DNA of 64,000 nucleotides from Chara braunii. Lineage: Eukaryota; Plantae; Charophyceae. A program made the position numbers and the translations under genes. Below are positions 1 through 13,160 of this stretch, one piece after another (position 1 is the first letter of the stretch; each line of letters opens with the position of its first letter). The stretch spans positions 867,216 to 931,215 of the forward strand of contig BFEA01000021.1 of NCBI GenBank assembly GCA_003427395.1, read 5' to 3'. The notes below the pieces were generated by a model. That model ran no database searches. It was not told the origin of the DNA and was given only the letters and a program-made list of their open reading frames with translations.

Positions 1-653
1 ATTTCTCAGCCTTCTTTATTGCAGAGTTCCGCTGCTGTTGCGGATAGCGTGTTTATGGCTCTTGCGNTCCATTACAGGTCTGAGGATCGTGCAGCGGGCC
101 TTCATCTGCCCTGGCCTACAGCCAGGGCCTATTTGGCTATTTGCCAGTTCGGCCTGTGGGACCAGGCCGTGGCCTGACCCCACAGGCCGTATATTGTTTC
201 AGTCCAGTCTAGTCCCGCCCGGTACCATGGTCGGTACCAGGCCAGTCCAGTCCAGTCCAGTCAGTCCGCTGGGGGTATACCCCAGCTGCAGTCTGTTTTT
301 CGGCACTCTTCACTCTCGCAGATCTTGGAGTACTTGCGTGTGGAGTCTACGTCGGAGCTGCGCTGTCCCCTCCAGCTCCATCTCTACCTCCTCCTTCATC
401 TCCATCCTAACGGACCGCCCTCCCGGCGGGTCCGGCACAGCACCTCTCTTGTATTTGAGTGACTTAACCTCTCTCCTTCTGTCTTTTTGAGTCTCGGTCT
501 AGTCTTTTGGTTCAGAGAGGAAGGCGGCGGGCGGGATTGAAACCCGTAATCCGTGCCAAGGCCTGTGTGGGAGGTTCGCCCCACCGATTCGGGAGCTCTG
601 CCGGGGTTCAGGCGGGACCCTGGAGGCAGGGAACTACGAGGTAGGCCGTCACA
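1..653 (+). mobile_element. Probable 3' end of an LTR from a Gypsy-like element, truncated by the window edge
   Basis: GC/CT-rich segment ending GAGGT-AGGCCGTCACA at 653, followed by an abrupt switch to AT-rich sequence. This closely parallels the GAGGT-TGCGCGTCAGA end of the 3' LTR at 47441-47456. Confidence 0.45.
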
Positions 654-834
654 ATACCGTTAGAAACCCAATAAACCCCTATCTATACGAACCTGACACT
701 TGATCTGTTTGATTTTGACTTGTGTATATGTCCTGGTTGCTTTTTCAGAACGTTAATTGAATCGAAAAGAGAATCTACTATACATGTTAATTTATCTGTC
801 TGTGATAAAAATTACGATGTTTGCATGCGATGAT

Positions 835-1457
835 CCGAACTTGGGCGGGAAATGAGGTCATCCAGGCTGATCCGGTTACCTTGCTCGTTTTGCCTAAGAC
901 ATTGAACTGGGACTAGAAATGAGGTGCTCCAAACTGATCCGGTCGCCTTGCTCGTTTGCCTAAGACATTGAACTGGGGCTGGAAATTAGGTCCTCCAGAC
1001 TGATTCAGTCGTCTTGCTCGTTTGCCTAAGATATTGAACTGGGGCTAGAAATGAGGTCCTTCAGACTGATCCAGTCGCCTTGCTCGTTTGCCTAAGACAT
1101 TGACCAGGGGCTGGAAATGAGGTCCTTCAGACTGATCCGGTCGCCTTGCTCGTTTGCCCTAAGACATTGAACTGGGGCTGGAAATGAGGTCCTTCAGACT
1201 GATCCGGTCGCCTTGCTCGTTTTGCCTAAGACATTGAACTGGGGCTGGAAATNNNNNNNNNNNNNNNNNNNNNNNNNNNNNNNNNNNNNNNNNNNNNNNN
1301 NNNNNNNNNNNNNNNNNCTTGCTCGTTTTTCCTAAGACATTGAACTGGGGCTGGAAATGAGGTCCTCTGGACTGATCCGGTCGCCTTGCTCGTTTTGCCT
1401 AAGACATTGAACCGGGGTTGGAGATGAGGCATTTCTGAATGATTTGGTCGCCTTGCT
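835..1457. repeat. Tandem repeat, ~59-61 bp unit, about 10 copies, interrupted by an N gap
   Basis: Unit TTGCTCGTTTGCCTAAGACATTGAACTGGGGCTGGAAATGAGGTCCTTCAGACTGATCCGGTCGCC repeated head to tail with no unique spacers. Confidence 0.95.
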
Positions 1458-3526
1458 AAGTATGTCAGATTGCATGGGTTGACTGAGAACAACTTTGAAA
1501 GATAATCAACCAAGTAAGATACATGACTTATGTTTCTGTGCTCATGACAAGCGAAAGGATGAACAATATGGATGAACGAACTCTTATTTTGAACTGGCTG
1601 AATGAATTGTTGACATGACATGCTTGTTAGCAAAGCCTTGTCTTTTTGTTCATGTTCTTTCTATTTCTGCTGCTTAATAGGGTAGTCTGTTAGTGCTCGC
1701 CACGTGCTGGAGTTATAAGAGTTAGTTCAATTCTTGCATTTTTTGAGTTAAGTTTATTTTACTTAGATCAAGTTCTCGGATTTTCAGGGATCTTTTATTT
1801 TACTTGGCTCTGTATAAATTTTGGATAGCTATTTTTCCTACGGGAAGCGCTGCCGAAATTTCTACGAAAGCAATGAGTTGGTTAAATTTTGACTTTTCAA
1901 AGTTCAACTTCTGTCTGAGTTTATATCTGGCTTAGTTAAAATATGGGAAACCTACTTTTCTAGGGGAGGTGTTGCCCAAATTTTTACGAAATCAGGGAGT
2001 TGGATAAAATTTGACTTTGTGAAGTCATAATTATTGCCAAATTTTATATGTAGCCTTGTATAAATTCTGAAAAGGCATTTTTCCTACGGGAAGAACCTGC
2101 TGAAATTTTCCTAGTTTTGAAGAGTTAGATTATATTCTAGTAGGATAATTTTTTACAATTCACGCTATATAGGGGAGATGCTGTCAGAATCCTTTTTATT
2201 CTTTGAGGTCCATTGGAGAGAGAGATTTAAGATATACTCTTATGAGATTTTGAGTAAGATGTGATATGGGGATTTATTCTCCGTACACTTAAAGTTCAAG
2301 TATTTGGGATTTGACCTATGTTGTGTAACAGGTCCTTCTTGGCCGTTTTTTGATTCAAAATCTGACTAGTTCAACTCGATCCTACGAGGGTCGCCTTCTG
2401 TTATCTTTGATAACAAGTCGGCTGGTTGATCGCCGACTCGTCGACTCATGACACAACTTTGCTTGCACCTGTAGCTCAGCATGAATGCCTTAGCTCTGAG
2501 ATTTGATATGTTTCTTTGAAGGTTTTAACCAGACTTCTTTTAATGACCATTATAAAAGAACTGATGGGTTTTTATGGAAAGTTGGGCAATGGTTGGGGGT
2601 TTGAGTGTGTGAGGCGTGGAGTGAGTTACAAGGAACAATAAAGTTGACAAGTTTGATGTATGGCAATGTGACTTTTGTATGTATTTGTGTTTTATGCAGG
2701 TTAGTATTTGTGAAGCTTGGTATACGAGTCTTACTTTGGAGGCATTGAGAATGACAACCATGTGTCACGCGATCTACATACTTGATGGGTTTATTTTCCC
2801 TTCCTTTATCTTATGTCGAGTTCTAATTTAATATATAGGTATTGGAATGCTTATTTATTTACTGCGTGATTTTGCTTGTTGATTTTCATAGTTGGACGTT
2901 GATGTCTGTGGCAGCCGTCAAAGTCAAACCCTTTGACTTCTCTCCAGACCCTGGATGATGGAGCTTGGCTTTATGGCCCTAAGGGTTGACTGTCACCACA
3001 GGCCAGAACCTGTGTACCACCCACTCTCCGTAGGGTGAAGAAGAGGGTGTGGTTCTCAACCGCCTTGGCGGTTGTGTAGTGTCGAGAGATTAACACCTCA
3101 AGGCGTGTGTCAGCCGACACTTGAGTGTTGAACGCGACCCTTAGACTATGAAGGACCACGCGATTATGGGTACTACATAGTACGCCATCATTTTGACCGC
3201 GTGCGAATGCTTGCATGACTTAGTTGATATGAGAAAGTCTTGCATCCGTGCGGTTTTATATTAAGACACGCACACGATACCTAACCGATTTTCGTATGAG
3301 AAGTTTATAGGTTGGACACTAAAGGGACTAGGCGTGTTTTTGTTTTGTGCGATTGATCTGAATTTTATTCTGGCGTGGTGTAATGCGTGGTAAGAAAGAT
3401 GCGTTCTAGTCGAGCGACGACGAGTCGCGCTTTGGACTTCAGCCCCCCAGTGCGTCGGCTTGCGTACGGGTCCGATAAAGGCGTGGAACCACGCATATCC
3501 CCTATGCTACAGCGTACGAGAAAACA

Positions 3527-3803
3527 CCCTCGGCTAGTTCACCTTTGCGACTGCATGTAAAAGCTTTCGTATTGTGGACTGGAAGCTCGGCGGGGATACG
3601 CCCACCTAAGGGATGGTGACAGCTCACGCAGGTGGAGGTAAGTTGTACATCGCGTGGCCCTATCCTGTCGTAGGGGTTCGCGAGAGGTATGGCTGGCACA
3701 CTCGGCCGGAGCGGCAACGCTCCACGATTAAGTCCTGCTGAATCCTGCGTAACGCGGTCGAGAAGGTCCCCTCGCTTGCGGGGACCGTGCGCTCGACACC
3801 GCA
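3527..3803 (+). other. Conserved structured non-coding motif, copy A (probably LTR/TE-associated)
   Basis: Shares CCTAAGGG(A)TGGTGACA, AGTTGTAC, TCCTGT, CGCGAGAGGTA and GCACACTCGG blocks with 16486-16678 (+) and 23970-24155 (-). Confidence 0.6.
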
Positions 3804-4827
3804 AATTCTCAATCTTTTTTTCAAATAAGCGTGCAAAATCGGAGAAAAAATAGAACCCCAACGATATTAGTGGCCTATCAATTGAAGAAAAGGAGATTTG
3901 GGTAAATGGGCGCACGTGCGGAGCGGTCAGACGTGCGGAGCACCAGCAGAGAGGTTTGTATGGACACCCGTTGGTGAGAACGGCCCGCAATAACGACCCA
4001 AAAAAAAGAAAGGAAAAGAACAGATTATAAAAAACGAATAATTGCATTTCCCATTTGAGGTATCCACCGTGTGACCGGCGCCCTCCACAAATCGAAGCAC
4101 CTCGCAGAGTGCGATGTAGCGACCTTGTCGTTAGCGTGTTGGGAACACAATGTGGCCGGCCAGGGCCGCATTTCCTCAAAACGGCCGTTCCCATTTTCCC
4201 ATTCTTGGGGAATTTGGGTACCTAGTATAAGCGTGCCCTGGAAAGGTAAAGCAGTGCAACCCAAACCATGCCCAAAACCACAAATCGGCCCTTCCCAAAT
4301 CCACATATTTTGCGGATTTGGGGTCGCAGTGTGAGCATGCCCTCAGGAAGGCAACTCATGCCAATCATGCCAACGCCCTCCGGAGTTTTTCTGCGGATAG
4401 GCAAATTCCAACCCTGCCCTTAATGTCTTTTTCTTTCTGACAATTACCCACGTATCACTGTCGTGAACACGGTTCTGCCACCACGAGGTTCCCCACATGC
4501 CAACAATAAGTGGTAGTGAAATTGAGAGAAGAATGTAGCTTTTGGATAAAACGCTAAATTTGTCTGGCACCCCTGTAATTTCCATTATTTTGCGTCACTC
4601 CCCTCGGACGGCCGACTTGCCCTGTTGTGCCCCTGGGGCCTTGAACTTTCGTGCAGGCTGCTGTCAGCACGGAGCACAGCTTTCCGCAGTGCCCTTACTG
4701 GATGACCAGTCCTATTTAACGGTCCCTGCACGATACGCCCTCATGAGCGGCATGCATCTTTCCATCATGACCTCGCGTTGGAAATTCGACTTTGAGGCAC
4801 GTAACTTTTGTGGCGCTGCCGAAACAA

Positions 4828-4828
<1 letters not shown>

Positions 4829-4866
<38 letters not shown>

Positions 4867-4870
4867 AGCG

Positions 4871-4932
<62 letters not shown>
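4829..4932. repeat. (TG)n(AG)n microsatellite abutting an assembly gap
   Basis: Directly visible. Confidence 0.97.
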
Positions 4933-6949
4933 NNNNNNNNNNNNNNNNNNNNNNNNNNNNNNNNNNNNNNNNNNNNNNNNNNNNNNNNNNNNNNNNNNNN
5001 NNNNNNNNNNNNNNNNNNNNNNNNNNNNNNNNNNNNNNNNNNNNNNNNNNNNNNNNNNNNNNNNNNNNNNNNNNNNNNNNNNNNNNNNNNNNNNNNNNNN
5101 NNNNNNNNNNNNNNNNNNNNNNNNNNNNNNNNNNNNNNNNNNNNNNNNNNNNNNNNNNNNNNNNNNNNNNNNNNNNNNNNNNNNNNNNNNNNNNNNNNNN
5201 NNNNNNNNNNNNNNNNNNNNNNNNNNNNNNNNNNNNNNNNNNNNNNNNNNNNNNNNNNNNNNNNNNNNNNNNNNNNNNNNNNNNNNNNNNNNNNNNNNNN
5301 NNNNNNNNNNNNNNNNNNNNNNNNNNNNNNNNNNNNNNNNNNNNNNNNNNNNNNNNNNNNNNNNNNNNNNNNNNNNNNNNNNNNNNNNNNNNNNNNNNNN
5401 NNNNNNNNNNNNNNNNNNNNNNNNNNNNNNNNNNNNNNNNNNNNNNNNNNNNNNNNNNNNNNNNNNNNNNNNNNNNNNNNNNNNNNNNNNNNNNNNNNNN
5501 NNNNNNNNNNNNNNNNNNNNNNNNNNNNNNNNNNNNNNNNNNNNNNNNNNNNNNNNNNNNNNNNNNNNNNNNNNNNNNNNNNNNNNNNNNNNNNNNNNNN
5601 NNNNNNNNNNNNNNNNNNNNNNNNNNNNNNNNNNNNNNNNNNNNNNNNNNNNNNNNNNNNNNNNNNNNNNNNNNNNNNNNNNNNNNNNNNNNNNNNNNNN
5701 NNNNNNNNNNNNNNNNNNNNNNNNNNNNNNNNNNNNNNNNNNNNNNNNNNNNNNNNNNNNNNNNNNNNNNNNNNNNNNNNNNNNNNNNNNNNNNNNNNNN
5801 NNNNNNNNNNNNNNNNNNNNNNCCCCCCTCGCAAAAAAAAAAACGGCCCTCAAAGAAAACCCTTTCTTAGCACGACATTGACTTGTCGTGGCAGTGTGCG
5901 CACACAACTTACGAATTGTGTTGTGATCCTGCATGCTTATGGATGGTTGTTAGGGAGAGGAACTTGAAGGTAAGGATTGCGTTCCACCGACTTCGAGGAA
6001 ATTTTCCCTGGCCTGTACATTACCCAACCAAAATTCTCCATGGAGCATGCCGCACTCTTCCATGTGCGAGTCAACGGTGTAGCCAAGCAAACACGGGGCT
6101 GTCTACCCAACAATTTTGCCTACTATATGTATTTTCCGCCACGTGGCAGACGCGTACATGACCACATCTTATAAATTTGCTTGTGGAAAGTATCGTTGGC
6201 TTAAACCACCAGTGCTTCTGAGGGACTTTTCTCCGGGGCTGGAAAAGTCATGTGTGCCAAAGAAAACAATCTGGCGCAGACCTCTTTGGCTGACGCCGCC
6301 AGTCATTTTGCTCCGGAGGCCGACGCCACCTTCTAAGGCTCGCGAGCCCCTAACTGTTTTTTTCTCATAGTCACCATCCAAGTTTACTACCAACACAAGT
6401 CTGAAGCCTCATGGTCTTACCACGCAAAACCGCAAGGCCCAACTTAGCTTTTGGTGCGCTTGTGTTTTACACCACTAGTTTAGCCAAGCTTATGTGTGCA
6501 CAACTATCTTCAAATGCTCCATAGCCTCCAAGTGAGTCTTTTCGTAATGGCCTACGCAGGACACTACCAGCCTAGGCCCAAAGTGGTATACTCTTGTCGT
6601 ATATATTAGTAAGAGTTTGACTTCACTTCGGCCAAATGCTAGTAAGTACAACGGTTTGTACATATGAAAAAGTAGTGCTCCATGATGTCCAGTGCATCCG
6701 AGTTGACCCTCGCACATGCACCATGCAGGAGTTTTGAGCTTCAATCCATATCGAGTTCCTGCTTAACCCGGCCAGTAGGACCCTCGATCCGCGTACATGC
6801 AAGGTCCGTAATTGTTGTTCAGTATAATTTGAATTATACTTCTGCCTTGAATGAGACATAGAGTTTGTTTTAAAGTTAAAAAAGTTAAAGAGGGAAACAA
6901 TCGTTTTTTTAAACAACAAACCTCTGACTTTGATTGAATAATAAGAAGA

Positions 6950-7540
6950 GAAGGGTGAATCTCGAATCAAAGGGAAGCAATGGTCGTTGTACCGATAGTT
7001 GTGTGGTACGATGATGTTTTTTTTTTTTTTTTTTTTTTAATGAGATATAATGATTATTCTAAGATTGAAGAAGTCAAGAAAGTGACATCATCATTTGATA
7101 TAATGACCTTCTAAATTTAAAACTTAAGTTATAATGTTGAAGATTACAGTCCTTATCTGAAGGGGAAGCGACGATCATTGTTTGGTGCAACGGTTATGAT
7201 CGTTGTTCGATACAATGATATTTGAATAAAATATGAAGATTGAAAAACTCAACTGAAAATACAATTATTGTTAGGTACAACGACCTTATAACTTTGACTT
7301 GAATGAGGGGAAAAAGGTAAGTATCATATCAAGGAGAAACAACAATGATTGCTTGGTGCAATGGTTGTAATCGTTATTCGGTACAATAATTCTTATACCT
7401 TTAACAAGGTATACTCTTTATCCGACGTTATTTGTGGGATAAATTGTGGAAACGTTGTATGTTGTTTAGTGCATCGTTGCTCATTATAAGTTTTTCCCCC
7501 CCTTGGATATAACATATTGTTCACTTGAGATAAAATAAAG
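6950..7540. repeat. Degenerate tandem/subterminal repeats
   Basis: Recurring variants of ACAATGATCGTTGTT(N)GGT(A/G)CAA near 6980, 7170, 7200, 7260, 7340 and 7370. Confidence 0.45.
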
Positions 7541-9006
7541 TCAAAGAACGAGATAGTCGTTATGTGAAGCAACAATGTTTTAACTTTTGATATAAAGATA
7601 AAAAAATGATATTATAAATAAAAATAAATTAAATTCGTGTTTTTCGTACTGGCAAAGAATGTCAGGAGATGAGATTGGTAAGGAACTTCCAAATGATAAT
7701 TCAGGAAACCTTTAGTTGGTTGTGAGACTTGCTGAGGTTAGTTACCCGGATATGTTGTGACACAAAAGATACACGTCACAAATGAAGAAGTAAAAATGTC
7801 ATAATGACTAGAAAACTTGTTGAATCCGATAAAAGCTCGGTGGTTGACTTTCATGCTGTCGATTCTTCCTTGCACACATCCGTTTTTCACTCATACTTAT
7901 GAATGAACCATGTATGAAAAAAACTTCTACTTTTGCGAGAAAATTTTAAATATTTTATAAAGGTCTAAAGGGGTCCTTGAATTTACTATGTATGGTTATG
8001 ACGAAAGGACAATAAAATCTCAGTTGTGTTACAATCTCATGTTATAGTTGAAAATTTATGGGACAAATACGTGTGAATAAGATCTTCAAGTCGATTACTA
8101 AGGAATGTGAAATGTTATATTGTTGTGGAATGCATATATTATAATGGATATCATGTGATCAATGAAAGCGTCAATGATGAAGTTAGCAGAGGACCTGTTG
8201 CTAATGGCATATGAAGGAAACTGACTCTAAATGTTGATTTTATTTTTGCATAATGAATTTAACAGGCATAACTATGTACATATGACTTAGGGAATATGTT
8301 CATATACTGTGAAAAAAATATCTATCTGAGTTTGAATATCGATTGCATATATGGTTCATCACACAAATGTTTTCAAGTATGCCCTAAGTCATAATCTTAT
8401 ATAACAAGATATGTATGAGACTCTCACCCCGACTTGGACTCTGTTCTTATAGGGATTGAAAAATAAAACCGCACTATGATGGATAACATTTCCTAAATTA
8501 GGTTCGATCATAACTTAGTGTGACTAGAATAAACTCAAAGCAAAAAAACAAACTTAATTTGGAACAAAGTTTGGAAAGCCACATAACCTAAATTGTAAGG
8601 CGTGTGATCGAATGATTCATTATTATCACAGCTTATGAGGGAAGCGTGCCGGTGCAACAAGGCGTTTAACCACATGTATTTTATGTTACAACAAATTAGC
8701 AACGTCCTCGGTGGATTCACAAGCCGCCAAAGTGATTCTTTAGTAAGTTTTTTTTTCTTCGACTTTTTTTCTTTTCTTTTTCATCAAAGCGCAGTTGCAG
8801 CAGGCAGGAGGAGGCAAGACATGGAGCGTCATATTTACATGAATCTGGTTAAAGATTCATTCTAATTTTGCATATATGGCCAGCAATTGAATGATAATCT
8901 TTATTCCCCCTTCTAGTGCGCTAGTGCAGTGATGCAACTACAACATACAGTGGACTTGTTGTCCCCTTGCATGTGTAGAAGACAAAGGTTTGGCGATGTA
9001 TTTTCC

Positions 9007-9530
9007 CAACAGAAAAATTTCCCAGAATTAAATAATCATTCTATAGTAAAATTACATTCTAAATTTTAAATTTTCATTTCATTTTAAAAAATGTCATTCG
9101 AATTTTTTAAAATTTTTAATCTTACTTGAAAACTTTTCTTCCAAGAATGGGATATCCCTTTTTATTTGACTTGTATGCTAGAGATGGAATGAAAGTCTGG
9201 ATGAGTTTATGAAATATTTTAATTGGATTGTCATTCTACGTAAGGTTTTAGTGTCATAAATAGGTTAATCCAATATAAATTATAAGATATTTGTTGTAGT
9301 AGAACGAAAGTTTGGTTAAAATATTTCATAAACTCGTCCAGACTTCCATTCCATCTTGAACAAATAGATGTAGTTGGAAAGGAAAACTCATATTTAGATG
9401 GGAACTTATCAAATAAAACTGAAAATTTTAGAATTTGACGTACATTAGAATGATATTTTATAAATCTGAAGGATTTTGTTTTTATGGAATGTTTTTTCAA
9501 CTTTCATTTCTCATGGGAATTTTTCTGTTG
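9007..9530. mobile_element. Non-autonomous TIR element (MITE), copy 1, 2-bp TSD (CC)
   Basis: TIRs CAACAGAAAAATTTCCCA ... TGGGAATTTTTCTGTTG, flanked by CC on both sides. A closely related copy is at 12457-12974. Confidence 0.85.
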
Positions 9531-12456
9531 CCCATATTTTAGGGGGGGGGGTACCCTGCCATTAGCGGGTCCCGTAGGGTAGGATGATTTGACTTTTTCA
9601 TTTTTTCTTTTCTTTTTGAATTGCGCTCATTCGTTTTGAGGAAACAGACTGGAACAAATGGAGTACTCTCATGTATCCACGAGGGGATGTATCTTCCCAT
9701 GTTCTAGCGGAGGATTCATTCCCACTTTGCGTCCCTGGACGAACGATGACATCCTTGGAGGAACGACGTGCTGTTGCAACAAGCGGATGCTTGCACCAGT
9801 TGCATATTAATTGGAACTTGGGTCTGTATTTCGACAATTCGGGGGTGCGCAAAGGCACCAGAAGGTGCCCTGCTTTGAGGCAGGGTCTATGAAACGAGAC
9901 ATAACGTTCTTACTTTTTTTCCTATTTTGTTTTTCCAGATTTTGGCTTTACTATTGACCATATTCATTTGACCTGTATGAATTTGTTGTATAGAAGGTAA
10001 AGGGGAATGCCCTTGAATATGATCGGGCTTTGGTCTAGATGTGTGCTGGAGGGATAGGTGCATATGTGGGCAGACCCACGAGGGAATGGCTTGATGCATC
10101 CATTCCACGACGAACTCGCACTAAAGAAAAAACAAAACAGGTGCAATAGGTTTTTAGGGCCCTTGGTTCTCCTAAGGGAAAATAAACATTTTTTACCCTT
10201 GGTATTCATTTTAGATAAAGGGTCTAGGATGAGTCTGAATTCTTGTCTGAAGTTTGAGGTGGTGCTCACTCTCCCCTTAGCAAGTATAAAAGGTAGCAGC
10301 CCCGTCAGTTGCCATATATTGTGTGAGGTACTCCCCACACTCATTTTGTTGAGTGCTGGCCATATGCCGAGGGAGCTGAGGGAGAAACTGCTGGTAGAGC
10401 TGCCAGTGGAGTCAGGGGTCTGCAAGTTGGAGCTGGAGGGAGGAGCCATAGGTGGTAGTACGTTGCTGCAACGTAGGCTAACGCTGCACTTGTGAAGATC
10501 CTTGGCACCGGTAGCGCTGGTCAACTGTGCGCGTGGCCGAATATACCCCAGTTTGTGGGGTTATGCTATCGAAAATTTAGTGAGGCGGCAACATTATTCT
10601 TACAGCGGAGAAGTTGCCGGATTGTCGGCGGGGTCGACAATAAAGTTTTAAGGAGAGATGCTACCGGATTGCCGATACGAGGACTGCAAGGTGTGTGAGG
10701 GAAGTTGCTGTTGAGTTTTTTCGACAGCGACGTAACGTTGTAAGGGGGATGTGATGTCGAAAAGTTTTGGCATAAAGCACTCCTTTTTCTGTGGTGAGGT
10801 AGAAGTGTTGCCCGAAGTGAGTGGGGCCACGGTAATTGCATGGAGAGTGGATTTTGGCTATGGTGTGCAGTGACAACTGGGTTTTCTAGGTGCGGCGATT
10901 GGTGGACGACTTTTGGTCTATGACACATAGTTGAATGACGTTTATTTTTTTGGTGATGCAGTTTGGGATTGGTGGTGACTTAAGACAGTCTTGGGGGCTT
11001 AGTGGCGAAATTGGGATTGCGTCGGGACTGTCTGGGACACTGGAACTACATGAGGCTCACTTTAGGATCCCCCTCCTTAAGGGTTATCCTATTTAAGTTC
11101 GCTTCACTGGATTTGGTTGTTGAAGGGAAAAATAGATCATCTTTCATCACTTTCTAGAGTGAGTCAATTCATACGACTTAAGGTCAGCTTGACTAAGACT
11201 CTTTCACAACCGTGTGAACCCACACTTTGCTTGACCTTGTTTCATTTAATGTTTTTTAAAAAGGCAAACGAAATGTGTGTTCATCCATTATGGGGAGCAG
11301 AAGTATGGTTACTCATGATCGACAAGTATGATACAATTCCAAATGACAAACCAACATGACGTTTGAACAAGAAAAATGTGTTCGAGAGTGTGGATTGGAC
11401 AATCAACAAAGTCAAGCCTTACCCCTGCCGCCCTAGACACTTGTCAAAGGGGCGTTCCTCCTTGATGAATGGTTCCTTGACGGTTCTTGCCAACTGCCTG
11501 GTGTATGCATCCGTTGAGATGAAGAAGCTTCCCAAAGGAACCAGTCGCTCAAAATAGACTATTGCCGTGTAGTAGCACCATTTGGAGTTTTGACTCATGT
11601 GGGAGGAGACTCTCTTAGTGTCTCAAATAGTTGCCTATGTCGTGCTTTCCTGCTAATCTATTTCATATTTTTCCTATGGTCTTTGTTTCCTCACGTCTCC
11701 CTCTTCACTAGTTATTCGATTTATTTTGCTCTTTGACACTTATAAGTGCCTTAAAACTGCCAATTCGTCAAAATTGATATTTTTAAATTTTTGAACAAGG
11801 TGAAATAAAGTAATTGGGCCAAAAAAGGTCCGAAAATTTGGTTCCTGAGGGTACGACATTGTTAAGGCGCTGAACCTCTTGGATGAGTTTGGACTTAGCC
11901 GGAGTCCAGATAAATCCAGGAAGTTTGTTGTTTTCATAACTTTAGACCCTTATGAACTAAAATTTGCACCTTGTTTCGCCCAAATTACCCGATTTCAATT
12001 GTGTTCAAAAAATAAAGAATGTCCGTTTTAACGAAATGACGGTCTTCACCCTACCTGCTTTGTGCCCACTTTGTTACCTAGAAACTATGTAGCACCCCAA
12101 AAGAGTCCCCCTTCCACTTGTTTTCTTACCACTTTCCTATCCCCAATAGTCAATTTCACAACCACCTAGGACTTAGTATCAATTTAACCACCACTACCCT
12201 CGCCGTCATAAATTGTGGGGAACCGGTAGGGCAGTGGGGGGAACTGACGGAGTGGCAAAATTTGAAAATGCATCGAATTACCCATGCGATTTATTTTACA
12301 ATTCAAATAATTTGTTATATTTTTTTATACATATTTTTTTGTAAAGATGACGATAAAATCTACGGACCTTCTATTTTTCAGAGTTGTTGGGTCATACTTC
12401 TGATTGCAAAAAATCGCAAAAGTTGGGTTATGTTTCCCATTGGTCTATACGTGGTA

Positions 12457-12974
12457 CAACAAAAAAAATTCCCAGAATTAAATAATCATTCTATATTAAA
12501 ATTACGTTCTAAATTTTAAATTTTCATTCCATCTCATTCCAAATTTTAAATTTTCCTTCTTACTTGAAAACTTTCCTTCCAAGAATGGGGTATCCCTTCT
12601 TATTTGAACTGCATGCTAGAGATGGAATGAAAGTCTGGATGAGTTCATGAAATCTTTTAATTGGATTGTCATTCTAATTTTTAAGTAAAGATTTTCGGTC
12701 ATAAATAGGTTAATCCAATTTAAATTAGAAGATATTTGTTGTAGTAGAATGAAAGTTTAATTAAAACATTTCATAAACTCGTCCAGACTTTCATTCCATC
12801 TTGAACAAATAGATGTAGTTGGAAGGGAAAACTCATATTTAGATGGGAACTTGTCAAATAAAACTGAAAATTTTAGAATTGGACGAACATTGGAATTATA
12901 ATTTATAAATATGAAGGTTTTTTTTTTTTAGAATATTTTTTCAACTTTCATTTCTCGTGGGAATTTTTCTGTTG
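12457..12974. mobile_element. Non-autonomous TIR element (MITE), copy 2, 2-bp TSD (TA)
   Basis: TIRs CAACAAAAAAAATTCCCA ... TGGGAATTTTTCTGTTG, flanked by TA on both sides. Alignable by eye to 9007-9530 over its whole length. Confidence 0.85.
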
Positions 12975-13160
12975 TAGAGTACAAAAAATGAAGAATGTGA
13001 CGAAACGACACGACATTTACTTCACGATTTATTGATGTATTATTTTATATTTTTTTGATATTTTTTTGGAAAGATCACAACCTAATCTACAGGATACCGA
13101 AGTTTCAGAGTGTTTGCCGATCGTCGCCGCCCCTAACATCTCGGTCCATATGGCCATGAA

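Noticed and set aside
835-1457. CRISPR-like array
   Set aside because: Units repeat over their full length with no unique spacers, there are no cas genes, and the context is eukaryotic. The same applies to 53595-54300.
3450-3803. Group II intron (GTGCG start before the structured motif)
   Set aside because: No domain V/VI or maturase is recognisable, and GTGCG alone is uninformative.
4716-5967. Long ORFs in the ORF track (also 46129-47221 and 58590-59741)
   Set aside because: Artefacts of N gaps and microsatellites.
7640-8500. Highly decayed DDE transposase (LWNAYI...LAEDL, piggyBac-like C-terminus)
   Set aside because: Only a few residues match, there are many stops, and no catalytic motifs were found.
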